The notes beneath the pieces are model-generated. The model was not told the origin of the DNA. It was given only the letters and a program-made list of their open reading frames with translations, and did no database searches. From an uncultured Chloroflexia bacterium (GTDB lineage: Bacteria; Chloroflexota; Anaerolineae; JAAYZQ01), in contig CAVOXA010000022.1 in the NCBI GenBank assembly GCA_963700285.1, positions 64,001-128,000 on the forward strand: a DNA stretch of 64,000 nt, written 5' to 3'. Numbering within the stretch: position 1 is the first letter of the stretch; each line of letters starts with the position of its first letter. The position numbers were made by a program, and so were the translations under genes. Positions 18,663-28,725 of the stretch are shown here, in pieces.

Positions 18663-21091
18663 ATGCTGAGAACTCGCTGGTACAAAGTCCTTATTGATCT
18701 GTGGCGGAATCGGGTCCGGACCCTGGTTGTGGCCCTGGCCATCGCCGTGGGCGTCTATTCTGTGGGCGTCGTGCTCGATGTCCGCCAGATCGTGGTGCGC
18801 GAGTACGAGGGTAACCTAGCGGCTGCCAAGCCGGCCGATGCCATTGTCCATACCCAGCCCTTTGACCACGACCTGGTGGAGCGTATCGCCAGGGTCCCTG
18901 GGGTGGCCGCGGTTGAGGGCCGCGCCATCGTGCGTACCCGAGCCTATGGCGGGGAACCCCCTCTCTGGGGGAGGCCGCCGCTCAGCAGCGCGACCTGGTT
19001 CTGGGTGTTTACGACGATCCCGAAAAGATCCAGGTCGATGCCGTAGCCTCGCTGGCGGGGCGCTGGCCCCCGCAAGAGCGCGAGATCGTACTGGAGCGCC
19101 TGTCGCCTGAGTACCTTGGTGTGGCCATCGGCGACGCCATCACCATTGAACTGGACGATGGCCCGGCCAAGACCCTCGAGGTGGTGGGCATTCTCCACGA
19201 TCCCCAGGTACTTGGCCCCGACGTTTCTGACACTGCCGTCGGCCTGGTCACCCTGGAAACTCTGGCCTGGCTGGGTTTCGACGAGGTCTACACCGAACTG
19301 CACATCCGGGTCACGGACGGCATGGCGCAGGGTTCCTTCGGGGCCAGCAAGGCCGCGATCAATACCGTCGTCGACGCGGTCGAGGAGCATCTGGAGCGCT
19401 CGGGCCGTACCGCGCTCAGCCGGCGCGTCATCACCGACAGCAATGCGGGCCCCTACATCGACACCATCGTCCTTATCCTGACCATGTTTGGGATCCTGAT
19501 CCTGCTGCTCTCGGGCTTTTTGGTGATCAATGCCATATCGGCTCTCATCACCCAGCAAGTACAGCAGATTGGGATCATGAAGCTCATCGGCGCTCGACGC
19601 CTGCAGATCATGGCTATGTACATCGTGATGGTATCGGCCTACGGGCTCATCGCTGTGGCCATCGGCATCCCGCTGGCCATGCTCACGGCGCGCGGGCTGA
19701 TGCGGGGCATCGTCGAACCCTTGCTCAACGTCATGACCGATAGCTACGCCGTGCCGCCGGCCCTCATCGCCGCGCAGGTTGCCGTGGGCCTGCTCTTGCC
19801 TCTTCTGGCCGGACTGGCGCCGGTGCTCAAGGGCACAAGCATCACGACCCAGCAGGCGCTGAACGACGTGGGCATGCAGGCCGGTGTAAACCGGCAGGGA
19901 CTTGTCGAAAGGCTGCTGGTTCAACTGCAGGGTCTGCGGGCCGTGCAGCGACCCCTCGTGCTGGCAGTACGCAATACGCTGCGGCACAAGGGCCGGCTGG
20001 TCCAGACCTTGATCGTGCTCATTGTCGGCACGGCGTTGTTTATCTCCGTCTTGAGCGTGCGTACCTCGGTCAATGCCACCCTCGACGATTTCATGCGCTT
20101 CCATCGCTACGACGTCTCTGTCGAATTGGAGCGACCCTACCGCACGCAGCGCCTGGAACAGGCCGCCCTGGAGGTGCCTGGCGTGATAGATGTGGAGGCA
20201 TGGTCGTCGGCGCGCGCACTCCGACAGCGCCCCGATGACACTGAGAGTGAGGCCATTCACCTTGTGGCCGTGCCCCCCGATACGGCTTTCATGGTCCCAG
20301 AGGTCTCGGCCGGCAGTTGGCTGCCCATGGACGGGGGACGGGCCGTCGTGGTCAACTCGGATATCGTCGAGGACGAACCCGACATCCGCGTCGGGCAGGA
20401 AATCGTGTTGGATATCGGTGGTCACGAGGCGAACTGGCGTGTGGTGGGCATCGTGCCCACAGAGTCCCGCGGACCAGCCATCTTTGTGGCGCTCGACGAT
20501 TATGCCCGCGTCACGCGCACCCCTGACCAGGCCAACAGGGTTCAAGTCATCGTCCGGGGGGGTAGTGCGGCGCAGGAAGAGATGGCCAACCTTCTCCGCG
20601 ACCACTTTGAGGCACGTGGCTTCGAGGTCGATGGCACCCAGACGGCTGGAGCCATCAATACGGCAAACGAGCTATTGTTCAACCTCGTCGTCGCCTTTTT
20701 GATCCTGATGGCGCTCTTGCTCGCCGCCGTGGGGGGGCTGGGCCTGACTACGACGATGAGCATCAATATTCTGGAACGGGTGCGCGAGATCGGCGTGCTG
20801 CGGGCGGTGGGCGCTTCTAACCTGGCCGTGAGCCGCATTGTACTGGCTGAGGGGCTCGTCATCGGCGTGCTGAGCTGGGCTGTTGGGACGCTGCTCTCCC
20901 TGCCCGTCAGTGTCTGGATGAGCGACCAGGTGGGCCTGGCCCTTTTGGACGTGCCCCTGACCTTCCAGTACTCGGTCGTGGCCGCCGTTCTGTGGTTCTT
21001 TGCCCTGCTGGCCGTGGCAGCGGCAGCCAGCCTGGGACCGGCGCGCAATGCAGTCCGGCTGACCATCCGGGAGGTGCTGGCCTATGAGTGA
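18663..21091 (+). CDS. FtsX/MacB-type ABC permease (double), one frameshift near 18960-19000
   Basis: [20 protein letters not shown] start; [11 protein letters not shown]; RNTLRHKGR; [18 protein letters not shown]; ends [17 protein letters not shown]. Confidence 0.88.
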
Positions 21092-21126
21092 TTGGCACAC
21101 AGAAAGAAGCACAGCAAGGACGACAA

Positions 21127-21930
21127 ATGCTGCAATCCTTATTCGGACCCAAAACCAACGGTAACGGCGACACGGTCGCCGCCATACCCCAGAACGGCCG
21201 CCCCTTGGTCGACCTGGTTGGAGTACAAAAGGCGTACAGCACTCCCGCCGGTGACTTTTACGCCCTGAAGGGCATTGACCTTCAGATCCACCAGGGCGAA
21301 TTTGTCGCTGTCTCGGGCAAATCCGGTGCCGGCAAATCCACGCTTATCAACATGGTGACCGGCATCGACCGGCCCAGCAGCGGCCAGATCTATGTGGGCG
21401 GCCAGCCCGTCCACGTCCTGAGCGAAGACCAAGTGGCCGCCTGGCGGGGGCAGAAGGTGGGCGTCATCTTTCAGTTCTTCCAGTTGATGCCCATGCTCAC
21501 CTGCGCCCAGAACGTGATGCTGCCCATGGATTTCGCCAACCGCTACCGCTCGCCCCGCGAGCGGCGGGAGCGGGCGCTGCACCTGCTGGAGCAGGTGGAT
21601 ATTCCCGAACAGGCCGACAAATTGCCCTCGGCCGTCTCTGGCGGCCAGCGCCAGCGGGTGGCCATCGCCCGCGCCCTGGCCAACGACCCCGCTCTTCTGG
21701 CTGCCGACGAGCCGACGGGCAACCTGGATTCCAAGACAGCCAACGCTGTCTTTGAGGTATTTGAGGCCCTTGTTGATGGCGGCAAGACCATCTTGATGGT
21801 GACCCACGACCGGGAGCTGGCCTCGAGGGTGACGCGCACCGTGCGCATCACCGACGGCCGGATCGTGAACGGCGAGGAGCCTGCGGCTTTGTCCTGGGAG
21901 GTGCTTGGTGCTGAACTGGCTGGGGGGTAG
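21127..21930 (+). CDS. ABC transporter ATP-binding protein (LolD/MacB-like)
   Basis: [40 protein letters not shown]; alternative GTG start at 21088. Confidence 0.93.
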   Translation: MLQSLFGPKTNGNGDTVAAIPQNGRPLVDLVGVQKAYSTPAGDFYALKGIDLQIHQGEFVAVSGKSGAGKSTLINMVTGIDRPSSGQIYVGGQPVHVLSEDQVAAWRGQKVGVIFQFFQLMPMLTCAQNVMLPMDFANRYRSPRERRERALHLLEQVDIPEQADKLPSAVSGGQRQRVAIARALANDPALLAADEPTGNLDSKTANAVFEVFEALVDGGKTILMVTHDRELASRVTRTVRITDGRIVNGEEPAALSWEVLGAELAGG

Positions 21931-22864
21931 CCGGCGAGCGGCGTCTGCTCAGACTGCCCGGAATGGGGCAGCGTTCATTAGACATAACGGAACGAACGGA
22001 TCCAGCGGTCAGCGTGGGGTTTCCGGCTCCGGCGATCTCGGCCGGTTGCACGATCTTGCCGCGCCGACGGGGACGGCCTGGCCCCTCAGCGAGCCCATGA
22101 TCGACCTGCTTGGCATCACCAAGGAGTACAAAACCGATGCCGGGCCCTTCCTGGCCCTGAAGGCTGTCGACCTGCGCATCATGCCCGGCGAATTCGTGGC
22201 CGTGGTGGGCCGCTCGGGCAGTGGCAAGTCAACGTTGATCAATATGTTCACCGGCATCGACCATCCCACCGGGGGCGAGGTGATTGTCGCGGGGACGCGC
22301 ATCCGCCAGCTCGACGAGGGACGGATGGCCGAGTGGCGAGGCCGTACCCTGGGCATCGTCTTTCAGTTTTTTCAGCTTTTGCCTACACTGACCGTGGTGG
22401 AGAACGTCATGCTGCCCATGGATCTCTGCGGCATCTTTGATCCGGCCGAGCGCTACGAACGGGCCCTGCACCTACTGGACCAGGTGGGGGTGGCCGATGA
22501 CGCGCCCAAGTACCCGTCCGCCGTGTCAGGCGGGCAGCAGCAGCGGGCGGCCATCGCCCGGGCACTGGCCAACGATCCGCCCATACTCGTCGCCGACGAG
22601 CCCACCGGCAACCTGGATTCCAGGGCGGCGGAGGACATCTACCGTCTCTTTGAGTCGCTGGTATCGGAGGGCAAAACGATCCTCATGGTCACCCACGATC
22701 GCGAACTGGCCGCACAGGCGCCCCGTGTTCTGACCTTGGCCGACGGGGAGTTTGTACGGGAAGATCTGCGCCCTCTACTGTTTCTGGACCAGCACCCGGT
22801 CTTCCGGGCACCAGACTCAAGGGACCTCGTCGCTGCCCAGCATGTATCCGCAGCCCCGAACTAG
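21905..22864 (+). CDS. Second ABC ATP-binding protein (paralogue)
   Basis: [35 protein letters not shown]; start uncertain (21905/21908, or ATG 22097). Confidence 0.9.
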   Translation: MVLNWLGGSRRAASAQTARNGAAFIRHNGTNGSSGQRGVSGSGDLGRLHDLAAPTGTAWPLSEPMIDLLGITKEYKTDAGPFLALKAVDLRIMPGEFVAVVGRSGSGKSTLINMFTGIDHPTGGEVIVAGTRIRQLDEGRMAEWRGRTLGIVFQFFQLLPTLTVVENVMLPMDLCGIFDPAERYERALHLLDQVGVADDAPKYPSAVSGGQQQRAAIARALANDPPILVADEPTGNLDSRAAEDIYRLFESLVSEGKTILMVTHDRELAAQAPRVLTLADGEFVREDLRPLLFLDQHPVFRAPDSRDLVAAQHVSAAPN

Positions 22865-22874
22865 CCAGTCGCAC

Positions 22875-22906
22875 GACTTCCGAAGCTTTCCGAAACTTCG
22901 GAAGTC
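22875..22906. repeat. Extragenic palindrome (GACTTCCGAAG family)
   Basis: GACTTCCGAAG...CTTCGGAAGTC between convergent genes. Confidence 0.7.
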
Positions 22907-22995
22907 TAGAATTCAGTGGGCCCTCTCCTCCGATGGGCGGCGGTCTCCCGGCCGAGCCCACCTGGCTTTGGTCACAGATCCTTGGCCATCGCAAG

Positions 22996-23871
22996 TTAGT
23001 CCAGCTCCAGTTTCCACACCTCGCGCACGAAATAGCGGGTCATGCCGGCATACTCGCAGTCCGGTTCGAGAAACCGCTTTAGTTTCGCCTTCTTCTCGGC
23101 CAGTTCTGCTGGCGCGAGGTCTGGCTTCTGCAGGTCTATGCCCAGTGTCTCCATGGCCAGGTACCACAGGTACCGCCTTCGGACCAGCTCTTCCCGGTTC
23201 AGGCCATAGTATTGCTCCATGGCATCGACTGCCTGGGCAGCAAAGCCGTCGTTCTGCACCGCCACGACGCGCACTTCCTCCAGTACCGGGATCACCTGGT
23301 AGGCAATGTACTTTTCTGGCTCGTCAAAGTAGGGATTCAGCAGAAGCGGACGTTCGGCGAGGTGATCCGCCATATGCTGCGCCAAACTATGACCCTCTTT
23401 GGGTTTGATGGGATCGGGGCAAAGCCGCGCCTGCCAATCATCCAGGACCTCGTCTACCGACTGTCCATTGATGTCGGGCCCGGCGAGGGAGCTGCCCTGA
23501 ATAGGAAAGTGATCGTGCTTGTGGATTTGGTTGCACACCTGGCATGCGTACAGATAATTGTCATAACAGTAGCTCAACCACCAGTACTTGGATTTGGGCC
23601 GATAGTGCTCCACATCCCCATGTGCGACCACCTTCACCGGGGCTTCGCAATAGGCACACTTGTTGTGCGTCTCTGTTCTCAGCGCTGCCTTGGCTGGCTT
23701 CCAGTAATGCGTCTTGAAGTCGTCCGAGGCGAATTGCCCCTTGCTTCGCTTGTGCTCCAGCAACAGCCGGTTTTTATTGCGCAGATGGTGTCCCCATAGG
23801 CCGCCGGGAATGAGGTATTTCTGCTTGCCGGCGATGTCATGCTTCTCCCGGTCTCTGCTGAGCTGGATCAT
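22996..23871 (-). CDS. HNH endonuclease, PtuB/retron-effector-like
   Basis: KCAYCE, VEHYRPKSKYWWLSY..DNYLYACQVCNQIHK, LLLNPY; ATGA overlap with the upstream ATPase. Confidence 0.85.
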   Translation of the reverse strand: MIQLSRDREKHDIAGKQKYLIPGGLWGHHLRNKNRLLLEHKRSKGQFASDDFKTHYWKPAKAALRTETHNKCAYCEAPVKVVAHGDVEHYRPKSKYWWLSYCYDNYLYACQVCNQIHKHDHFPIQGSSLAGPDINGQSVDEVLDDWQARLCPDPIKPKEGHSLAQHMADHLAERPLLLNPYFDEPEKYIAYQVIPVLEEVRVVAVQNDGFAAQAVDAMEQYYGLNREELVRRRYLWYLAMETLGIDLQKPDLAPAELAEKKAKLKRFLEPDCEYAGMTRYFVREVWKLELD

Positions 23872-25136
23872 GGCTCCGCACCTTTGGCGTCGCGTATCTC
23901 CTCCAGCAATGACCTCAGCTCGCCATAGTAGGGTAGTTCGGCGTTCCAGTCCGGTTGATCCGCCAACTGCTCTTCCAGGCTGGCCATCTCCTTTCTATCG
24001 GCGGCTGTTTTCTGTTCCTTGTCGTACAGGGTCCGATATTCTTCCCGCAGCTCCTCCCATTTGCGGGAATTCATCGTATCCAGACCAAAGAACGGGGTCA
24101 TGATCAATTGATGCAGCAGCAGTTGGTTGGGGGCCCCTTCGAAACGCAAGAGTTCGATCTCTTCCTCTGGCTCGTGCTTGCGCCGCAGAGAAAACAACTC
24201 CCCTTCGCCTGCCTGATGGGCAGTGAATGGCGAATGCGTGGTCGCTACGATCTGCAGGTTCGGATATTTGACCGAGATGTATTCGCGGAGCCTGCGTTGC
24301 CAGCTCAGGTGCAGGTGCAGCCCGATCTCGTCGATGAGCAACAGGCCCCGCGCGTGCAGAGGGTTCCTGTAATCCTCGAAAACCTCCGTCAGCCGGTACA
24401 ACAGATCGCCGCACCAAGAAATGGCATTCTGAAAGCCGTCGCTCATCAAGGCCAGGGGCATGGGCCCTTCGTTGGTCTCGAAAATCAACTGCCTGGTTTC
24501 CCTGTCAATGGTCAGAAACTCGACTCCGGGCAAAAAGTCGCGCATGGCCTCTGATACCAATGCCAGCGCCTCATCACTTCGGCGGTAGTGGAGGTCCGTG
24601 GCCCACGTCTCCAGCGAGACCAGGTCGGCATCGGGTGAAAAGAGCGTCGCCACGCTGTTGGCCCGGGGATGGGAAAACCGCCCCCCCTTGGGAGACGTCT
24701 GCATGCCGGACGTGGGCAGCCGGCGCGAAACACCATATCCGACCGTGAAATAGCTGCGGTTCGTATACTTTAACGCCTGGTCCAGCGCGTCCAGTGAATT
24801 AGTGTTCGTCTTGAACATCTCGCGGATGTTCTGTCCCCGCTCAAAGCGCAGGGCGATCTTTCGTTCCCGGTCCTCGGCCGTGCTCAAGACGGCCCGTATC
24901 TCTGCACTGTCCGCCCCAAAGCGGATCCAGGAGTCGGGTGATTCCCCGATCAGAGAAGGCAGTGCGTCACTGCCGGCAAGCAACAGGGCGATGGAGCGCA
25001 AGATCGTACTCTTGCCCGTGCCATTCTCTCCCAGCAACACCGTCCACTGGCGCGGTTTGCCCCGATCGTCCGTCAGGGATAGATCCAGCTCTCTGATGGA
25101 CCGGATATTCCTCAAGTACAGGTGTTCAAGAAACAT
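23868..25136 (-). CDS. ABC/AAA_21-type ATPase, PtuA-like
   Basis: LYLRNIRSI, Walker A GENGTGKST, signature MSDGFQ, Walker B LLIDEIGLHLH..WQ, ATTHSP; RBS GGAGG. Confidence 0.88.
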   Translation of the reverse strand: MFLEHLYLRNIRSIRELDLSLTDDRGKPRQWTVLLGENGTGKSTILRSIALLLAGSDALPSLIGESPDSWIRFGADSAEIRAVLSTAEDRERKIALRFERGQNIREMFKTNTNSLDALDQALKYTNRSYFTVGYGVSRRLPTSGMQTSPKGGRFSHPRANSVATLFSPDADLVSLETWATDLHYRRSDEALALVSEAMRDFLPGVEFLTIDRETRQLIFETNEGPMPLALMSDGFQNAISWCGDLLYRLTEVFEDYRNPLHARGLLLIDEIGLHLHLSWQRRLREYISVKYPNLQIVATTHSPFTAHQAGEGELFSLRRKHEPEEEIELLRFEGAPNQLLLHQLIMTPFFGLDTMNSRKWEELREEYRTLYDKEQKTAADRKEMASLEEQLADQPDWNAELPYYGELRSLLEEIRDAKGAEP

Positions 25137-25265
25137 GCTGTCCTCCCGCTTTTTCAGAGGCCGCAAGGCTGATTTGGGTCGATAAATGGCAGTCCCCATT
25201 GTACGGCGGGAACTTGCGCGTCAACCGTATCCTCCAGCGATGGGGCAACCAAACACGGTTGGCTT

Positions 25266-26984
25266 TCACGACCCGCACCGCGCCCGCAACCAGCGCAAGA
25301 TCTGCCACAGCACCCGGCAGTCTGCTTGGAGATACTCCTGGAGAAGCTCCATCTCCCTGGATTCCATTGGCTCCGGGCCCTCGTAGGCCCGCCAGCCCAT
25401 GACCATGGCCTGACGCCCCGCGTCCAGGTCAGCGGGCCACCGGGTCTCGAATGCAGGCTCCATCGCGCCCAGCGCCGAGGCTACCTCTTTCAGGCCAAAC
25501 TTCCACGCCCCCGGTAAGGCGGCCGGGCCGTTGAGGAACACCTGCTGCAGGTCGTACCAGGGCAACTTTCGCAAGGGATGGCTTTGGGGCAGCCCGTGCC
25601 GGTCCGCAACGTGCCGGGTCTGCCAGACCTCGGCGCTGGACCAATGATAGAGCGCCGAGGCTCCAAGCTCAAAGAGCGCCCCCTGTGTCTCGATCTGCAG
25701 GTGCTCGATGCAACGTTCAAAAGCCGCCCATTCCCCGGCCTGGCTTTCTTGCCCGGCGACAAAGGCTTTGTAGCGCCACTCCGCGCCAGCCTCCCAACCC
25801 ACGCCGATCATGAACACCATCTCGCGGCCCCCGAGTTCCGGCCACTGTACCTCAAAGTCCACGTTGGCGTTGGAAAAGTACTCAAAGTCGACGTAGAATT
25901 CAAAGGGCTTCCGCACCGGCAGGGCCTCGGGCGGCGGCAGAACGGCCGCCCCGGACCGGTTTGCGTGCAGCACGGCTCGCATCTGGCCTGCCCGCTTGGC
26001 GCCCAGACCCTTGATCTGTTCCAGGGGCAAGCTAGCGGGATCCGCCTGGAGTAGGCTATCCAGGCTGGTATAGCCCCGCGCAGCCAGCGCTGTTTTGGCG
26101 GCGGGGCCGACAAAATACAGCCGGCTGGGATCGCCCCCAGGCGTTTTCTCCAGGGCAATGGTCTTCTTGGCTGTCTGCCAGCGCTCGTTGGCCTCGTCCG
26201 GGTTCGAGGCCACGATTTCGTCCTGCCAGGGCAGATACCGGTCCCCGTTGAGCTTGATCTCCACGTACCGGTCGCGGATCGCCGCCAGGTCCTCATCCAG
26301 TGGTCCGCCCACCCGGGAGCTGATCTCCACCGGCAGCGGGTCGAAAAGGCGGTCGCGAGTGACCAGGAATGCCTGTCCTGGCATCGTATCTTGCAACTGC
26401 CCCAACATGTAGGAATAGATCCGGACCTGGCGTTCGTAGACTGCCAGATCCCCGACCTTGCGCCGGCCATCGAGCCCCGTCGTGAACTTGTGGTCAAAGA
26501 CGACATAATGCCCTTCCGGACGTTCTCTTCCAGCTCGGGCTTCCGCCTCGCCCAGCAGGTTTGGAAGATGCTCCCGGATCCATGCGGTGTGGACCAGCAG
26601 ATCGGGTACGCCATAGACCCGCTCCGGAGCCCACCACAGGGCTGGCTGGGCGATCAGCGGCGCGCCCTGCTGCATGAGCGCGTAGGTCTCTTGAACTTTT
26701 CGAGCATCCAGGACGTCTCCGGCGCCGGTGCACACCCTTGGCGTCGCCGGCGCCACCTCCTGGATCCAAGCCCGCTCAAATTGGCGGCCCTTTTCCGCGA
26801 GATAATCGCCAAAGGAATAGGGCAAGGTGTCCGGCTGGAAGCCATGCTGGGCGCCGTGGTATTCTAGCCAGACGAGGACCGGGTCCTCGACGACAAAGGG
26901 CCGGACCTGCGAGGCGGGCATCCAGCCGGCTGGGACCTGCACCTGTCCTCCCAACGCTATCCGCAGCGCAGATTCTTCTACCAT
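25266..26984 (-). CDS. TM0106-like protein: RecB/PD-(D/E)xK nuclease, HhH, and RNase H-like domain
   Basis: GVPDLLV, VVFDHKFT, QVRIYSYML; HhH IKGLGAKRA; C-terminal FYVDFEY, YHWSSAE, WYDL, FGLKEVA, YLQADC. Confidence 0.8.
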   Translation of the reverse strand: MVEESALRIALGGQVQVPAGWMPASQVRPFVVEDPVLVWLEYHGAQHGFQPDTLPYSFGDYLAEKGRQFERAWIQEVAPATPRVCTGAGDVLDARKVQETYALMQQGAPLIAQPALWWAPERVYGVPDLLVHTAWIREHLPNLLGEAEARAGRERPEGHYVVFDHKFTTGLDGRRKVGDLAVYERQVRIYSYMLGQLQDTMPGQAFLVTRDRLFDPLPVEISSRVGGPLDEDLAAIRDRYVEIKLNGDRYLPWQDEIVASNPDEANERWQTAKKTIALEKTPGGDPSRLYFVGPAAKTALAARGYTSLDSLLQADPASLPLEQIKGLGAKRAGQMRAVLHANRSGAAVLPPPEALPVRKPFEFYVDFEYFSNANVDFEVQWPELGGREMVFMIGVGWEAGAEWRYKAFVAGQESQAGEWAAFERCIEHLQIETQGALFELGASALYHWSSAEVWQTRHVADRHGLPQSHPLRKLPWYDLQQVFLNGPAALPGAWKFGLKEVASALGAMEPAFETRWPADLDAGRQAMVMGWRAYEGPEPMESREMELLQEYLQADCRVLWQILRWLRARCGS

Positions 26985-27070
26985 GCAAAGCTCCTTCCCT
27001 ATCCTCGCTCCAGGCAGGTCACGGATCTGCTGGCTCAGCCCCCAAAAGGCGTACGCGCAAAGCGGGGACC

Positions 27071-27135
27071 GTTTGTAGTAGGCGCTTCAGCGCCGTTCTT
27101 GGCTCAGCAAGCGCGTTGAAACGCGCACTGTGAAC
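27071..27135. repeat. Inverted GTAG-REP doublet (REPIN-like), same family as the 46151-46704 array
   Basis: GTTTGTAGTAGGCGCTTCAGCGCC ... GCGCGTTGAAACGCGCACTGTGAAC versus array unit GCGCGCTGAAGCGCGCACTACGAAC. Confidence 0.7.
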
Positions 27136-27140
27136 ACTCA

Positions 27141-28577
27141 TCACCCATCATCCGGCTCCAGCTCGACCTCCACGTAGCGCACCACCTTCCCAACAACTGA
27201 GGGCTCCAGGTCGGTGCGCTGCGGCTGGTCCACCGCCCGCATCTCGACAACCTCGTCGTTGGCATACCGGCGCCGGTTCTTGGCCAGCCGCCCCAATTCC
27301 GCCAATAGGGGCGGGAAGGGGACGGGGTTTGTGATTCCGTGCTCGCCGGCAACGGTCGACACCAGGATCTGGGTTCGCTCTGGGTCGAGCATCTTGGCCA
27401 ATACCCGTTCCTTGCCGCCTTCCAGGAAGGGGGTGCCGTTGTGGCTGCCGTGGTGCGACACCTTTAGCAGATCGAGCGGCTGCAGCAGCATTTGCTCGAC
27501 CTCTGGTTGGTGCAGCATCACGTCCCAGGTGCCGTTGCGCTGGCCCTCCTTGAAGCCTGGCCCGTGCCACTCGGCGTCCCCAGTGAACAGCAGCCGCCTG
27601 CCCCGCCATTCCAATAGCAGCACGATACTGGTGTTGTTCTTGAGCGCATCGTCCGTTTGGGAAAAGGCCAGCGCCGAATAGAGGAGCCGGTTCTGGAGCA
27701 GGCGAAAGTCGCCGCCGCTGATATTTTTGGGCTGGGCCGGTTTTGGCGCTGGTTCAGACGCAGCGGTTGTGGTCGGGGCGTCGAATGCTCCCGACACAGC
27801 TTGATAGGCTTCCGTGAGGCGCAGGACCTGATCGGTGAGTCCGTGGCTGCCCAGCGTGTCCTTGCCCAGGTAGTACTTGTCAATGTCCCACTCGGGGGCC
27901 AGTACCCGCAGGCAGGTCCCTGCGTCCTGGAAGCCCCGGAACCGCGTCGTCCCCCCGTCAAAGTCCAGATCATAGTCCTCTTGCTGCGCCGGGGTCAACC
28001 TATCGGCCAGGTCGCGGGCGACGTATAGCGGGTACCGGGGCGAGATGCCGCTGGCCTGGGCCAAGCCCTCGCGCAGCGCCTTGAGCGCGCCCGGGTTCCA
28101 GATGCTCCGCTGCAGCAGCGCCTGCACGCCGGGGGCCAGATGAAGCCCCTGGCGCGCCTCCAGGGACCTGGCGGCATCGTTGGCCACGTCCTGAAAGGCC
28201 ATCATCTTTTTGGCCTGGGGGTGGTCCGGCTTGATAAAGACCGTCAGCCAGATGCGCTCGATCTGGACATCCTCGAACCAGGTGGGATCAAAGCCCTTGA
28301 TGTGGTCCGCGTGGGGGTGGGTCGCGACCAGCAGGTCCAGGCGCCTTTTCATCGGCCCAGCATGGGACGCCCCGGGATGGGGCGCCTCAACTTGGGGCAG
28401 CATCGAGCGCACGTCATCCACCGCGTTCTTGAGCGCCGGGTTATTCTGGGGATCCGCCGAGGCGGAGGTACCACAATCGACAAGCAGGTGATAGTAGCCC
28501 TGGCCGTCGGGTATGCGCACATAGATACAGTCGCCAAAACCAACGTCATAGACCCGCACCAGTAGCTTGTCGTCCAT
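27141..28577 (-). CDS. Metallo-beta-lactamase-fold hydrolase (ComEC-like nuclease type)
   Basis: YDVGFGDC, LLVDCG, THPHADHIKG (HxHxDH), NNTSIVL, LFTGDAE, LKVSHHGSHNGT; RBS AAGGAGG before ATG 28577. Confidence 0.88.
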   Translation of the reverse strand: MDDKLLVRVYDVGFGDCIYVRIPDGQGYYHLLVDCGTSASADPQNNPALKNAVDDVRSMLPQVEAPHPGASHAGPMKRRLDLLVATHPHADHIKGFDPTWFEDVQIERIWLTVFIKPDHPQAKKMMAFQDVANDAARSLEARQGLHLAPGVQALLQRSIWNPGALKALREGLAQASGISPRYPLYVARDLADRLTPAQQEDYDLDFDGGTTRFRGFQDAGTCLRVLAPEWDIDKYYLGKDTLGSHGLTDQVLRLTEAYQAVSGAFDAPTTTAASEPAPKPAQPKNISGGDFRLLQNRLLYSALAFSQTDDALKNNTSIVLLLEWRGRRLLFTGDAEWHGPGFKEGQRNGTWDVMLHQPEVEQMLLQPLDLLKVSHHGSHNGTPFLEGGKERVLAKMLDPERTQILVSTVAGEHGITNPVPFPPLLAELGRLAKNRRRYANDEVVEMRAVDQPQRTDLEPSVVGKVVRYVEVELEPDDG

Positions 28578-28725
28578 CTTGCCCTCCTTTCGGGGCTTGT
28601 AGCCAGGCCTGCGTTCGGGATCCCGCCGCAGGTTTCTGGCCTGTGCAGCGGTAGCAACCCATGGCTGGTTCGGCCAGCGGCAGATCAGAGTCCAGCGCCA
28701 ACCTGCGGGAGGATGGCCCTGACAC

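Noticed and set aside
22996-25266. Retron
   Set aside because: No reverse transcriptase (no YADD-type RT ORF) or msr/msd seen near the ATPase-HNH pair.
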